Assembly (NCBI RefSeq): GCF_055900595.2
Contig: NZ_CM148325.1
DNA length: 64,000 nt
Direction: 5' to 3' (one strand)
Position 1 is the first letter of the stretch. Each line of letters starts with the position of its first letter. Under the pieces are notes generated by a model that ran no database searches, was not told the DNA's origin, and was given only the letters and a program-made list of their open reading frames with translations. Shown here piece by piece: positions 35,468 through 47,511 of this stretch. The position numbers and the translations under genes were made by a program.

Positions 35468-36556
35468 TCAACCACCTGCTTTCATTACCCATTCAGAGAT
35501 AAATTTATTACCCGGTACCGGCGGAGAGTACAAATAGCCCTGCAAAAAGTGTACGCCTTTACCAATCATTAAATCCGCCTGTTCCTGAGTTTCTACCCCT
35601 TCCGCCACAATACTCAGACCAGGCTTACGCGCCAGTTCGACAATATTGTCCACAATATGACCGGAGATTTCGTCAACACTCGCCATTTGCACAAACGACT
35701 TGTCAATTTTAATAAAATCGACCGGAAACGCCTGCAGATAACGATAGGTCGCATAACCCGTACCAAAGTCATCCAGCGCAAAGGTAATGTTGTGCTGATG
35801 AAGGCTGTCAAATATCGCTCTGGCTTCTGGCGTTACCGGAATGGGGTTGCGTTCCGTTAGCTCAAGAACCAGCTTGATTTTATCGTTACCTAATTTCTTG
35901 ACCAGGTTCAGACACTCTTTTTCAAATCCTGCGGCCAAAAAACATCCTGCCGAGACGTTGATTCCAATATGGAAATTATCCGGCAGCAAATGTTTTACTG
36001 GCATCAGAATATCCGCAGTCTGTTTCATCAGCTGGCGAGTCATTATGACAATAAGACCGGATGACTCCGCCAGAGGAATAAACTGATCCGGTGGGATAAT
36101 TCCCGTTTGCGGATGTTCCCAGCGGACAAGCACTTCACAGCCCGTCAGTACCCCAGTCTGCGCGCAGAAAACCGGTTGGATCCACGGTTTGAATTCGTGA
36201 TTTTCCAACGCCAGACTGATGGCTTCAGGCGTGACGATATGGTGATAGTGATTATCATTAATATATTTGTGACTATTATTACCCGTGGCGGATATGATCT
36301 CCGGATTGTACTGAAAGAAAATATCCCGCCAGAAAGTAATATCGCTCTGAATCCCCAGTTTCTCAAAGAGCTGTTTCTTTTGATGTGAAATGGTCTTTGC
36401 ACTGCGATTTCTGTACTGTGATATTTCTGTTACAGACATTCCCTGCATCAGCAGCTTGAGTAGCAGTCGTTCTTTCTCGGATACGCTACCAGGCAATGAC
36501 AAATGAACCGTTGTACCGAACTCTTGCAGAAAAACACGAAAATCACATGAATTCAT
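35468..36556 (-). CDS. pdeL: c-di-GMP phosphodiesterase with N-terminal LuxR-type HTH and EAL domain, 362 aa
   Basis: LuxR-type HTH followed by an EAL domain (ELTE motif); ATG at 36556 (MNSCDFRVFLQEFG). Confidence 0.9.
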   Translation of the reverse strand: MNSCDFRVFLQEFGTTVHLSLPGSVSEKERLLLKLLMQGMSVTEISQYRNRSAKTISHQKKQLFEKLGIQSDITFWRDIFFQYNPEIISATGNNSHKYINDNHYHHIVTPEAISLALENHEFKPWIQPVFCAQTGVLTGCEVLVRWEHPQTGIIPPDQFIPLAESSGLIVIMTRQLMKQTADILMPVKHLLPDNFHIGINVSAGCFLAAGFEKECLNLVKKLGNDKIKLVLELTERNPIPVTPEARAIFDSLHQHNITFALDDFGTGYATYRYLQAFPVDFIKIDKSFVQMASVDEISGHIVDNIVELARKPGLSIVAEGVETQEQADLMIGKGVHFLQGYLYSPPVPGNKFISEWVMKAGG

Positions 36557-37431
36557 GAACACACCTTTTATCTTTTATCGCTGTTCAGTATGAGTGATTA
36601 CCTGTGGATTCCTGAGCACACATAAGGGGTAACCATAAACATTAGCGATGCCATACGTATAACATCCCACATCACTATCAAGAAGATTATCTTTACCTCT
36701 GATGCTCGCTCAAAAACAGTTACGCTAAATACCTTAAAAAGGTAATCACAAGTCAAACTCAGGAGATAATCACGCAAGAATGCAATATTAAAATTCAGAT
36801 ACTCATTTTTGGTAATAAAGAAGTAGTTGGACTATTTCGATATTTATAATTTCCCACTACGTATTGACGCCCATTCATGAGTAAAGGCGCATTATATGAA
36901 TTTAACAATCCAGATCAACTGAAAATACCTCAACCTCATAAACACATAGCGTCAACATTCAATGACATAATGAGTAAAGATGTTGGTTATGCATACACGT
37001 CATTACTCTATGCCAATCCCTTAACAACCTGCTTTTTAAGACTGAATCCATTCAGCAATAGATAGCCAACATTATAACAATGACAATAAAAACAATATTT
37101 AAAACAATCAATAAAATATCAGACACAAACAATTAAACCTTAAACAACAAACAGTTACATTGATTTTAGTTGATTTGCGCTATGCGTTCCCCATGAATAA
37201 AGCGTCATTTCAAATTAGCACCAATATTTACATTAAATAAGACTAAGCTTATTGAACATTCACAACAGTCCAAACGTAGTGTTTGGGCTTCAATAGTTCT
37301 TTTCTTTTTTATTATCTGTTGCCTGGCAATCATCAATCGATACTAAGGGCTTAACTGTACAGATATAACGTATCAAGAGGTAAGAGAAACCGCGCCATAT
37401 GCAGACATGGCGCGGTTTTATGCAATAACAA

Positions 37432-39465
37432 TCACGCGTCCGGGAACATCACGCTATGGCCCGGCGCTTCACGATGGAGATGGATAAAGTTAAGGTGCCG
37501 CTCGTACTGGTCGAGAATATCGGTGATCACCTGCTCTTTGCTGTAGTCCATCAGGTCGTTACCCTGGCTGCCTTCTAACAGGAAGGTTTCCAGCCGGTAG
37601 TAGGTCGATTTACCGCTACGTGCGCGGTAGGTAAAGCCCGGCACCGAATATTGCTGCGGCCAAATCTGATAGACAAAGTTTTGCTCTTCGCCCATATGCA
37701 CCAGCAAATCCAGATGCCCCAGATGTTCGCCCTCTTCCGGCGGCAGGCTTTTTAGCTCGACGTACGCACCGCGCAACCGCAGTTCCTGCGCCACTTCTTC
37801 CATTGCCGGATAACAGACGGTTTCCATCATCTGTTTGGTGTAACGCGTGCCCGGATAATTCATCAGGCGCGAGAGACGTTTTTTCCAGCTCAGGCGATCC
37901 TGAAGCCCCAGCGGTCGCGGTGCGGTATCACGGTTGGCACTTTCACGGCGGTAATCTTCTACCTTCAGAGATTTATACAATCCCGCCATCACGAAGAAAA
38001 TCACAAAGCTGAACGGCAGCCCCATGATTACCGTGGTGTTTTGCAGCGCGGATATCCCGTTGGTCATTAACATACCGAGCGTCAGCAGACCAATGGCAAC
38101 CGACCAGAAGACACGCAGCCAGCCCGGCGCGTCGCTGTTGATATCTTTAAGCTGCGAGGTGAAATTCCCCAGCACCAGCGCGCCGGAGTCCGCCGAGGTC
38201 ACATAAAACAGCAGGCCAGTAATGGTGGCCACGGAGGCGCTAAAGGTAAATGCCGGATACTGCGCCAGCAGGCTGTAGAAGCCGCGCTCCGGATGGACCA
38301 TCGCTTCCTCGGCAAATGCCGCGCCGCCGTGGATGATTTCATACAGCGCGCTATTGCCGAATACCGAGAGCCATAACAGCGTGAAGGTAAACGGAATAAT
38401 CAACGTCCCCAGTACGAACTGGCGAATGGTGCGCCCACGCGAGATACGCGCCAGGAACAGGCCAACAAACGGCGACCAGGCTACCCACCATGCCCAGAAA
38501 AAGAGCGTCCAGTTATTCATCCACTCAACCGGGCGGTCAAAGGCGAAACTGTTGAGCGTCATGCCCATAAAGCGATTCACATAGTCGCCGACGTTCAGCA
38601 CCAGCGCATTGAGCAGGAACGAGGTGTCGCCCATAAACAGCACGAACAGAATCAGCCCCAGCGCCAGTGCGACGTTGAGTTCAGACAATACGCGAATGCC
38701 TTTGTCGACACCAGATGTCACCGAGATAGTCGCGATGATTACCGACAGCGCGATCAGCACCGCTTTCGCCGCCATTGAATCCGGGATATCAAACAGTACG
38801 CTCAGGCCATAGTTAAGCTGCACCACGCCAATGCCGAGCGTGGTGGCAATCCCGAAGATGGTGCCGATCACCGCTGCAATATCCACCGAGTGACCAATCG
38901 GCCCGTTAATCCGTTTACCGAAAATCGGATACAGCGCCGAGCGGATGGTGAGCGGCAAATTATAACGATAGCTGAAGTATCCGAGCGCCATGCCCATCAG
39001 CGCATACATCGACCAGCCCGTTAAGCCGTAGTGAAACAGCGTCCAGACCATCGCCTGACGCGCGGCCTCAATCGTCTGACCCGCGCCTTCCGGCGGCTGC
39101 ATATACTGCGTTACCGGTTCGGCTACGGAGAAGAACATCAGGTCGATACCGATCCCGGCGGCAAACAGCATCGCCGCCCAGCTCAGCAGGCTGAACTCAG
39201 GCTTAGACTGCTCGGGCCCGAGTTTCACCGAACCAAAGCGCGAACAGGCAATGCAGACCACAAAGACAATATAGAGCGTTGCCGCTAACAGATAGTACCA
39301 ACCAAAAGTTTTAGAAACCCAGTCCAGCGTGCGGCCAATCCACAGAGCCGAGAAGTCGCGAAACAGGATCGTTGTCAGGGAAAACAACAAAATCAGTCCG
39401 GCGGAAGTATAAAACACCACCGGATTGATTTTGTCCTTTTCCCTGCTGTGCGAAAGGTCTGTCAT
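37432..39465 (-). CDS. betT: choline transporter (BCCT family), 677 aa
   Basis: 677-aa polytopic ORF with a long cytoplasmic C-terminus; divergent from betIBA. Confidence 0.93.
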   Translation of the reverse strand: MTDLSHSREKDKINPVVFYTSAGLILLFSLTTILFRDFSALWIGRTLDWVSKTFGWYYLLAATLYIVFVVCIACSRFGSVKLGPEQSKPEFSLLSWAAMLFAAGIGIDLMFFSVAEPVTQYMQPPEGAGQTIEAARQAMVWTLFHYGLTGWSMYALMGMALGYFSYRYNLPLTIRSALYPIFGKRINGPIGHSVDIAAVIGTIFGIATTLGIGVVQLNYGLSVLFDIPDSMAAKAVLIALSVIIATISVTSGVDKGIRVLSELNVALALGLILFVLFMGDTSFLLNALVLNVGDYVNRFMGMTLNSFAFDRPVEWMNNWTLFFWAWWVAWSPFVGLFLARISRGRTIRQFVLGTLIIPFTFTLLWLSVFGNSALYEIIHGGAAFAEEAMVHPERGFYSLLAQYPAFTFSASVATITGLLFYVTSADSGALVLGNFTSQLKDINSDAPGWLRVFWSVAIGLLTLGMLMTNGISALQNTTVIMGLPFSFVIFFVMAGLYKSLKVEDYRRESANRDTAPRPLGLQDRLSWKKRLSRLMNYPGTRYTKQMMETVCYPAMEEVAQELRLRGAYVELKSLPPEEGEHLGHLDLLVHMGEEQNFVYQIWPQQYSVPGFTYRARSGKSTYYRLETFLLEGSQGNDLMDYSKEQVITDILDQYERHLNFIHLHREAPGHSVMFPDA

Positions 39466-39593
39466 CCAGTATCCCCACTGTTATTGTTACCATTTAAAAT
39501 CAAATTAGTAACAATTAAGACACATTTTATATTGAACGTCCAATCAATAACGGCTTTAATAGATTAACAACGCTGATGAATGGAGTGGCAAAA

Positions 39594-40181
39594 ATGCCCA
39601 AATTGGGGATGCAGTCGATCCGGCGCAGACAACTGATCGACGCCACGCTGGAAGCAATAAATGAAGTAGGTATGCACGATGCGACGATCGCGCAGATCGC
39701 CCGCCGGGCGGGCGTTTCCACCGGGATCATTAGCCACTATTTCAAAGATAAAAATGGTCTGCTGGAAGCAACCATGCGTGATATCACCAGCCAGCTGCGT
39801 GACGCGGTCTTGAACCGCTTACACGCGCTACCGGATGGCAGCCCTGAGCAGCGATTACAGGCGATTGTTGACGGAAATTTCGATGAGACTCAGGTCAGTA
39901 ATGCTGCGATGAAAGCCTGGCTGGCGTTTTGGGCCAGCAGTATGCATCAGCCGATGCTTTACCGTTTGCAGCAGGTGAGCAGCCGCCGCTTGTTGTCGAA
40001 TCTGGTGAGCGAATTTCACCGCGAGTTACCGCGCCAACAGGCGCAGGAAGCGGGCTACGGACTTGCCGCGCTGATTGACGGATTATGGCTGCGCGCGGCA
40101 CTGAGCGGCAAACCGCTGGATAAACCTCTCGCACACTCGCTTACCCGTCACTTTATTACTCAGCATTTACCCACCGATTAA
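39594..40181 (+). CDS. betI: TetR-family repressor of the bet regulon, 195 aa
   Basis: TetR HTH ([21 protein letters not shown]); ATG at 39594 ([14 protein letters not shown]) inside ORF 39576..40181. Confidence 0.92.
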   Translation: MPKLGMQSIRRRQLIDATLEAINEVGMHDATIAQIARRAGVSTGIISHYFKDKNGLLEATMRDITSQLRDAVLNRLHALPDGSPEQRLQAIVDGNFDETQVSNAAMKAWLAFWASSMHQPMLYRLQQVSSRRLLSNLVSEFHRELPRQQAQEAGYGLAALIDGLWLRAALSGKPLDKPLAHSLTRHFITQHLPTD

Positions 40182-40194
40182 CCGAGGAGACGTG

Positions 40195-41667
40195 ATGTCC
40201 CGAATGGCAGAACAGCAGCTTTATATACATGGTGGTTATACCTCCGCCACCAGCGGTCGCACCTTCGAGACCATTAACCCGGCCAACGGTAACGTGCTGG
40301 CGACCGTGCAGGCCGCCGGGCGTGAGGATGTCGATCGCGCCGTGAAGAGTGCCCAACAAGGGCAAAAAATCTGGGCGGCGATGACCGCCATGGAACGCTC
40401 GCGCATTCTGCGTCGAGCCGTTGATATTCTGCGCGAATGCAATGACGAACTCGCTAAACTGGAAACCCTCGACACCGGGAAGGCGTATTCAGAAACCTCA
40501 ACCGTCGATATCGTTACCGGCGCGGACGTACTGGAGTACTACGCCGGGCTGATCCCGGCGCTGGAAGGCAGCCAGATCCCGCTACGCGAAACGTCGTTTG
40601 TTTATACCCGCCGTGAACCGCTGGGCGTGGTCGCAGGAATTGGCGCATGGAACTACCCGATTCAGATTGCTTTGTGGAAATCCGCTCCGGCACTGGCCGC
40701 AGGCAACGCGATGATATTCAAACCGAGCGAAGTTACCCCGCTTACCGCGTTAAAGCTGGCTGAAATCTACAGCGAAGCGGGCCTGCCGGACGGCGTATTT
40801 AACGTGCTGCCGGGCGTAGGTGCGGAAACCGGGCAGTATCTGACCGAGCATCCGGGCATTGCCAAAGTGTCATTTACCGGCGGTGTCGCCAGCGGCAAAA
40901 AAGTGATGGCTAACTCGGCGGCTTCCTCCCTGAAAGAAGCGACCATGGAGCTGGGCGGTAAATCACCGCTGATCGTTTTCGACGATGCGGATCTCGATCT
41001 CGCCGCTGATATCGCCATGATGGCGAACTTCTTCAGCTCCGGCCAAGTGTGTACCAACGGCACCCGCGTCTTCGTTCCGGCGAAATGCAAAGCCGCATTT
41101 GAACAAAAGATTCTGGCGCGCGTTGAACGCATTCGCGCGGGCGACGTTTTCGATCCGCAAACCAACTTTGGCCCGCTGGTCAGCTTCCCGCATCGCGATA
41201 ACGTGCTGCGCTATATCGCCAAAGGTAAAGAGGAAGGTGCACGCGTGCTCTGCGGCGGCGATGTGCTGAAGGGTGATGGCTTCGATAACGGCGCATGGGT
41301 TGCTCCGACCGTATTCACCGATTGCCGCGACGAAATGACTATCGTGCGCGAAGAGATCTTCGGCCCAGTGATGTCGCTCCTCACGTATGAGTCTGAAGAC
41401 GAAGTGATTCGCCGCGCCAATGATACCGACTACGGTCTGGCGGCGGGTATCGTCACGGCGGATCTGAACCGCGCGCATCGCGTCATTCATCAGCTGGAAG
41501 CCGGCATTTGCTGGATCAACACCTGGGGAGAATCCCCGGCGGAGATGCCCGTTGGCGGTTACAAACACTCCGGCATTGGCCGCGAGAACGGCGTGATGAC
41601 GCTCCAGAGTTATACCCAAGTGAAGTCCATCCAGGTTGAGATGGCTAAATTCCAGTCCATATTCTAA
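40195..41667 (+). CDS. betB: betaine aldehyde dehydrogenase, 490 aa
   Basis: Aldehyde dehydrogenase family; ATG at 40195 ([15 protein letters not shown]). Confidence 0.94.
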   Translation: MSRMAEQQLYIHGGYTSATSGRTFETINPANGNVLATVQAAGREDVDRAVKSAQQGQKIWAAMTAMERSRILRRAVDILRECNDELAKLETLDTGKAYSETSTVDIVTGADVLEYYAGLIPALEGSQIPLRETSFVYTRREPLGVVAGIGAWNYPIQIALWKSAPALAAGNAMIFKPSEVTPLTALKLAEIYSEAGLPDGVFNVLPGVGAETGQYLTEHPGIAKVSFTGGVASGKKVMANSAASSLKEATMELGGKSPLIVFDDADLDLAADIAMMANFFSSGQVCTNGTRVFVPAKCKAAFEQKILARVERIRAGDVFDPQTNFGPLVSFPHRDNVLRYIAKGKEEGARVLCGGDVLKGDGFDNGAWVAPTVFTDCRDEMTIVREEIFGPVMSLLTYESEDEVIRRANDTDYGLAAGIVTADLNRAHRVIHQLEAGICWINTWGESPAEMPVGGYKHSGIGRENGVMTLQSYTQVKSIQVEMAKFQSIF

Positions 41668-41680
41668 CCAGGAGGTTTAT

Positions 41681-43369
41681 TTGCAATTTGACTACATCAT
41701 TATTGGCGCCGGCTCTGCCGGCAACGTCCTCGCGACACGTCTGACTGAAGATCCGAACACTACCGTGCTGCTGCTTGAAGCGGGCGGCCCGGACTATCGC
41801 TTTGACTTCCGTACCCAAATGCCCGCTGCGCTGGCGTTCCCGCTACAGGGTAAACGCTATAACTGGGCGTATGAGACCGAGCCGGAACCGTTTATGAACC
41901 ACCGCCGCATGGAGTGCGGACGCGGTAAGGGGCTTGGTGGATCATCACTGATCAACGGCATGTGTTACATCCGTGGTAACGCGCTGGATCTCGATAACTG
42001 GGCGAAAGAACCCGGTCTGGAGAACTGGAGCTACCTCGACTGCCTGCCCTACTACCGCAAGGCCGAGACGCGCGATGTGGGCGAGAACGACTACCACGGC
42101 GGTGATGGCCCGGTAAGCGTGACCACCTCAAAACCGGGTGTCAATCCGCTGTTTGAAGCAATGATTGAGGCGGGCGTGCAGGCCGGTTATCCGCGCACGG
42201 ACGACCTTAACGGGTATCAGCAGGAAGGTTTCGGCCCGATGGACCGCACCGTCACGCCACAGGGCCGTCGCGCCAGCACCGCGAGGGGTTATCTCGATCA
42301 GGCCAAATCGCGCCCGAACCTGACGATTCGTACTCACGCTATGACCGATCACATCATTTTTGACGGCAAACGCGCGGTGGGCGTCGAGTGGCTGGAAGGC
42401 GACAGCACCATTCCGACCCGCGCGGCGGCGAATAAAGAAGTGCTGTTATGTGCAGGCGCGATTGCCTCACCACAAATCCTGCAACGCTCCGGCGTCGGCA
42501 ACGCTGAACTGCTGGCGGAGTTTGATATTCCGCTGGTGCATGATTTGCCCGGCGTGGGCGAAAATCTTCAGGATCATCTGGAGATGTACCTGCAATACGA
42601 GTGCAAAGAACCGGTTTCCCTCTACCCTGCCCTGCAGTGGTGGAATCAGCCGAAAATCGGTGCGGAGTGGCTGTTTGGCGGCACCGGCGTGGGTGCCAGC
42701 AACCACTTTGAAGCAGGCGGATTTATTCGCAGCCGTGAGGAATTTGCGTGGCCGAATATTCAGTACCATTTCCTGCCAGTGGCGATTAACTATAACGGCT
42801 CGAACGCAGTGAAAGAGCACGGCTTCCAGTGCCATGTCGGATCGATGCGCTCGCCAAGCCGTGGGCATGTGCGGATTAAATCCCGCGACCCGCACCAGCA
42901 TCCGGCGATTCTGTTTAACTACATGTCGCACGAACAGGACTGGCAGGAGTTCCGCGACGCGATTCGCATCACCCGCGAGATCATGCATCAACCGGCGCTG
43001 GATCAATACCGTGGCCGCGAAATCAGCCCCGGCGCGGAATGCCAGACAGATGAGCAGCTCGATGAGTTCGTGCGTAATCACGCCGAAACCGCCTTCCACC
43101 CATGCGGTACGTGCAAAATGGGGTACGACGAGATGTCCGTTGTGGATGGCGAAGGCCGCGTGCACGGGCTGGAAGGATTACGCGTAGTCGATGCGTCAAT
43201 TATGCCGCAGATTATCACCGGCAATCTGAACGCCACGACCATTATGATTGGTGAGAAAATGGCGGATATGATTCGCGGACGAGAAGCGTTGCCGAAGAGT
43301 CTGGCGGCGTATTTTGTGGCGAATGGGATGCCAGTAAGAGCGAAAAAACTGAATCGCGATTTGAACTAA
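41681..43369 (+). CDS. betA: choline dehydrogenase (GMC oxidoreductase), 562 aa as read here
   Basis: GMC family with GAGSAG Rossmann motif at residues 9-14; only start that keeps it is TTG at 41681, 5 nt after AGGAGG. Confidence 0.88.
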   Translation: MQFDYIIIGAGSAGNVLATRLTEDPNTTVLLLEAGGPDYRFDFRTQMPAALAFPLQGKRYNWAYETEPEPFMNHRRMECGRGKGLGGSSLINGMCYIRGNALDLDNWAKEPGLENWSYLDCLPYYRKAETRDVGENDYHGGDGPVSVTTSKPGVNPLFEAMIEAGVQAGYPRTDDLNGYQQEGFGPMDRTVTPQGRRASTARGYLDQAKSRPNLTIRTHAMTDHIIFDGKRAVGVEWLEGDSTIPTRAAANKEVLLCAGAIASPQILQRSGVGNAELLAEFDIPLVHDLPGVGENLQDHLEMYLQYECKEPVSLYPALQWWNQPKIGAEWLFGGTGVGASNHFEAGGFIRSREEFAWPNIQYHFLPVAINYNGSNAVKEHGFQCHVGSMRSPSRGHVRIKSRDPHQHPAILFNYMSHEQDWQEFRDAIRITREIMHQPALDQYRGREISPGAECQTDEQLDEFVRNHAETAFHPCGTCKMGYDEMSVVDGEGRVHGLEGLRVVDASIMPQIITGNLNATTIMIGEKMADMIRGREALPKSLAAYFVANGMPVRAKKLNRDLN

Positions 43370-43565
43370 CGCAGGAACTTATAAGCTTGAGAGTTACCGT
43401 TCTACGATAAGGACCGAATCCTTATATAAAAAACATAGGTAACACTCATGCTTCATATCCAGTATTCATGATGCTGGTTTTTTGCTGATGTTTTTACCAG
43501 AATATTCCTGATACAGACTATTAATTCAAGCTTATCTGCGACAGATTTCATTTTCTGGATATATT

Positions 43566-44076
43566 ATGAGTGACAAATCAAACAGGATATCGATCTGATT
43601 GAAATTTTATTTTATCTGAAGAAAAAGATTCGTGTTATTCTGTTTATTATAGCTGTTTGTATGACAATGGTGCTATTATTTCTGTACATCAATAAAGACA
43701 ATATAAAGCTGAGTTACAGCCTAAAAATAAACCACACAACATCAGGCATACTTGTAAGCTGTGATAGCAATAATAACTTTGCCTGTCAGACCACAATTAC
43801 TGAAGATGTTATTCAGCGAATTACGAGTTTTTTAGACCAGTACTAATGCTAAAAATTGCCTTGTCAAAAAAATGGTAGATGAATACCAACAAAACTCTGG
43901 GCAGTAATAAACAGCATTCTGATAGAGAGTGCCTGTATAAAGCTGAAGTGACAATGACCGGGAAGGGAGCCCGTCTTCAGGAATGGATTCCTGTCTTTTT
44001 CACTGTAAATATCCTGGCATTATTAATGTCAGGATATTTACAGAAGTGCAGCATAACCATGACGGAACGGGGTTAA
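43566..44076 (+). pseudogene. ykgH: Fragmented ORFs at the position expected for ykgH; probable pseudogene
   Basis: ATG at 43566 reaches a stop after 10 codons; further membrane-protein-like fragments 43661..43846 and 43879..44076 in other frames; AT-rich. Confidence 0.3.
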
Positions 44077-44149
44077 GTCAGGTTGTCCTTAACGCTATTC
44101 ACAACCTCGTATACCGCCTTCAGGTTTATGTCCAGACTTCATATCTCTC

Positions 44150-44845
44150 TCAGCAATCCTCAATAATCAGATACACCGCTTTCACCGGACCATGAACCCC
44201 GACGACTTTGATAAGCTCAATGTCCGCCGTTGAACTAGGACCACTGATGATGTTAATACATGACGGCATTCGTTCACCGGCCTGCGCTTTCTGATGCAAT
44301 TTTTCTGCGAGTTGCGCTACACGCGGCAGGATTGTGCTTTTACGCAGGATAAAAAGAGAAGATTCCGGGAGCAAGCTCAATGAACGCCCGCGCCCGGCGG
44401 CGGAAAAAAGAACCACGCCACCCGATTCGGTTAAACCATATTCAGCATATACGACGCCCACTTTAGCCTGCTCTGCTTGTGATATGTTCTCAATACCTTT
44501 CGCCGGATCCCAAACAACGGCATTGCATTCCTGCTGCAAACGTTCGCTAATCCCCAATTCCTCCAGCCTCGTGTCACCGCTAATCACGACCGACTGCTCT
44601 CCCAGCTCTTTACACAGACATATTGCAGCTTCTGCGGCCTGCGCCTCGCTGGTCAGTTCACAGCGCGTCAACATAACATCGCTGGCAAACTGGATAAACG
44701 CGTCACAGCGCTGCTGTTGGTTAAGTTCGGTAAGCCGCTCGTTAGCATAGTTGTTAAGCGGCGCATCTTCTGCTTGCGGTTCAAGTCGCTGCGGGCGACC
44801 CAGTGCCTGAGCAACGTTATTCAAAAATTCGCTCCGATTATCCAT
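44150..44845 (-). CDS. ykgG: LutC-like lactate-utilisation protein, 231 aa
   Basis: ATG at 44845 (MDNRSEFLNNVAQALG...) 8 nt inside the ykgF 3' end; ORF-track 44150..44998 is an upstream extension. Confidence 0.88.
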   Translation of the reverse strand: MDNRSEFLNNVAQALGRPQRLEPQAEDAPLNNYANERLTELNQQQRCDAFIQFASDVMLTRCELTSEAQAAEAAICLCKELGEQSVVISGDTRLEELGISERLQQECNAVVWDPAKGIENISQAEQAKVGVVYAEYGLTESGGVVLFSAAGRGRSLSLLPESSLFILRKSTILPRVAQLAEKLHQKAQAGERMPSCINIISGPSSTADIELIKVVGVHGPVKAVYLIIEDC

Positions 44846-46265
44846 TCTTTTTCTCCTGCGCCTGATGTTTCTTAAACCAACTACGGAAACTCTCTCCGTC
44901 AGCTTCAGGAAGATCGCGTGCTTCCATCCAGTCGCTAATCGCGCCAAATTTGAGTGGTGTTTTGCCGCCATTGATAAACCAGCTTGCCGCATGAGCACCA
45001 GCCATCATCCCGACTTTCCACAATCCTGGATGACTATTGGCATAAGCGAACATTTTTATCGCCCGTTGCTCTGCTTTTGCGGTGATCCCTTTTTCAGCCA
45101 TCACCCGACGATGACGCAAAATCAGTTTTGACAGCGGAATACGCACCGGACACACGCTGTCACAAGCGGTGCATAAAGAGCAGGCGTAGGGTAAATCTTT
45201 AAAATCTTTATAGCCGCCAAGTAACGGGGAAATCACCGCACCAATTGGCCCTGGATAAATAGAGCCATATCCATGACCGCCAATATGGCGATATGCCGGA
45301 CAAGTATTCATACAAGCCCCGCAGCGAATACAGCGCAGCACATCCCGAAATTCAGAAGCCAGCACCTCAGAACGCCCGTTATCGACAATAACCAGATGAA
45401 ACTCTTCAGGACCATCAACGTGCCCCGCTTCGCGCGGTCCTGTCAGCCAGGTGTTGTATCCCGTCAAACGTGCACCAACGGCACTGCGCGCCAGCATGGT
45501 GATCAATACATCTACCTCGGCAAACGTGGGGGCAATACGCTCCATTCCCATCACTGCAATATGCGTTTTAGGCAGCGTGGTACACATTCGCGCATTACCT
45601 TCATTGGTCACCAGGCATACCGAACCGGTCTCTGCCACCGCGAAATTACAGCCGGTAATACCTATTTCAGCACTGAGGAAATCTTCGCGGATTTTTTGCC
45701 GAATGAATAAGGTCATCGCTTCAGGCGTTTCCGGCCCCTCATAGCCCAGACGTTCGTGTAGCACTCGACGGATCTGATGGCGATCTTTATGAATTGCCGG
45801 GACCACAACATGAGAGGGCGGATCTTGATCCAGCTGGAGAATGTATTCACCCAGATCGGTTTCAATCACCTGAATGCCTGCATCCTGCAACACATGATTG
45901 ACACCAATCTCTTCGGTCACCATCGATTTAGATTTCACCACCTTCCGGGCATTTTTGCGTTGGGCGACCTGTAAAATGTAGCGGGTGGCGTCTTCTTTAG
46001 TTTTTGCAAAATAGACGTGACCGCCGTTTTGCGTCACTTTTTCAGAGAGCTGGTACATATAAGCGTCGAGATTACTCAGAACATGATCACGTATCTGGGC
46101 GGCCCGATCGCGCCACTCCTCCCAGTGCCCCAATTCATCGACCATTTTTTGCCGATTTGCCCCAATACGCTGCTGCGCGTTTGCCACCGCTTTGCGCATG
46201 ATCGGATCTTCAATTTGCTGACGGATGCGTGTCTTAAAATCTGTATTACTGGTTTTGATCGACAT
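44838..46265 (-). CDS. ykgF: LutB-like iron-sulfur protein, 475 aa
   Basis: Two 4Fe-4S ferredoxin-type cysteine clusters (CIRCGACMNTCP, CSLCTACDSVCP); 475 aa. Confidence 0.9.
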   Translation of the reverse strand: MSIKTSNTDFKTRIRQQIEDPIMRKAVANAQQRIGANRQKMVDELGHWEEWRDRAAQIRDHVLSNLDAYMYQLSEKVTQNGGHVYFAKTKEDATRYILQVAQRKNARKVVKSKSMVTEEIGVNHVLQDAGIQVIETDLGEYILQLDQDPPSHVVVPAIHKDRHQIRRVLHERLGYEGPETPEAMTLFIRQKIREDFLSAEIGITGCNFAVAETGSVCLVTNEGNARMCTTLPKTHIAVMGMERIAPTFAEVDVLITMLARSAVGARLTGYNTWLTGPREAGHVDGPEEFHLVIVDNGRSEVLASEFRDVLRCIRCGACMNTCPAYRHIGGHGYGSIYPGPIGAVISPLLGGYKDFKDLPYACSLCTACDSVCPVRIPLSKLILRHRRVMAEKGITAKAEQRAIKMFAYANSHPGLWKVGMMAGAHAASWFINGGKTPLKFGAISDWMEARDLPEADGESFRSWFKKHQAQEKKNG

Positions 46266-46275
46266 CTTTATATCC

Positions 46276-46995
46276 TCAGCGGCTCATCAGCACTTCAGCA
46301 ATATGCATCACTTTGACTTTCTGCCCTTCCCGTTGTAATCGTCCACTGATGTTCAGCAGGCAACTCACGTCAGCACCAATTAAATACTCAGGGCGGACTT
46401 CCATCAGGTGCACAACCTTTTCTTTCACCATCTCGCCGGATATTTCGGCCATTTTGACCGAGAACGTGCCGCCAAATCCGCAGCAGGTATCCTGTTCAGC
46501 AAAGGTCAACAGCTCCAGTCCACGCACATTTTTCAGCAGCGTAAGTGGCTCGTCCTTCACCCCCAGCTTACGGGCCAGGCTACAAGATGGGTGATACACC
46601 GCTCTCCCTTGCAAACTGGCACCTACATCGACTACCCCTAATGTATTAACAATAAAAGAGGTGAGATCCTGCATACGCGCGGCAACCTTTTCGGCACGTG
46701 ATGCCCATTCAGGCTCATCCGCCAGATACGTTGGGTAACTTTTTACGGCATAGGTACAGGAGCCAGCCGGTGAAATAATGGGATCGTCGTTATCCTCCAG
46801 TGCGGCGATCAGATTTTTCATCCCTGGAATCGCTTCTTTGATATAACCACTATTGATCGCAGGCTGACCGCAGCATCCCTGTTTCTCCGGGAAATTTACG
46901 CGACAGCCGAGTTTTTCCAGTAGCAGCACGGAGTCTCGTGCCATTCTTGATTTCAGGGCGTCACCAATACAGGTGACAAAGAAATTGACATTCAC
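46276..46995 (-). CDS. ykgE: LutA-like cysteine-rich (CCG-domain) protein, 239 aa
   Basis: Cysteine-rich motifs (CCGQP, CCGFGG); GTG start at 46995. Confidence 0.88.
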   Translation of the reverse strand: MNVNFFVTCIGDALKSRMARDSVLLLEKLGCRVNFPEKQGCCGQPAINSGYIKEAIPGMKNLIAALEDNDDPIISPAGSCTYAVKSYPTYLADEPEWASRAEKVAARMQDLTSFIVNTLGVVDVGASLQGRAVYHPSCSLARKLGVKDEPLTLLKNVRGLELLTFAEQDTCCGFGGTFSVKMAEISGEMVKEKVVHLMEVRPEYLIGADVSCLLNISGRLQREGQKVKVMHIAEVLMSR

Positions 46996-47511
46996 AACTA
47001 ATACTCCATTACTTCATGCCCATTTATGCCCGATGGTTCCCCCACCAGGGGATCAATCATCAATAAATATGGCGTTCTTTTTTAATTGGCTAGCAACATA
47101 CCACCCCTCATTTGTATGACAAATGATAATCTTTCATCCAAACTTCAAATGCAATAACTAATTTTATTTCTTTCGGCATCGCTCACATTTTATAGGGAAA
47201 TCGACGATCATTTTTGGCATAAGAAATTCATTTAAAAAGGCCACATCCCTTATACCTATTCAGAGCTACTTATTCAGGGGTTGTTGAGATATACAATGAT
47301 GGTGTACTAACAAAATCACCGGCAATAATCAGGTATCAAGTAATAGTCGGCATTTTATTTAATTAAAGCAATTTAGTTTGCGTTTTTATTTACATACTGG
47401 GCCAGCATTCTTCAAAAAAACATATAAAACACAGTTGAAAATAGAAATAGTTGAAAGGCTCACAACACCCGGAATGCTGATTATCTTTGCTCCGATTCCT
47501 GGCGGTTTTAT

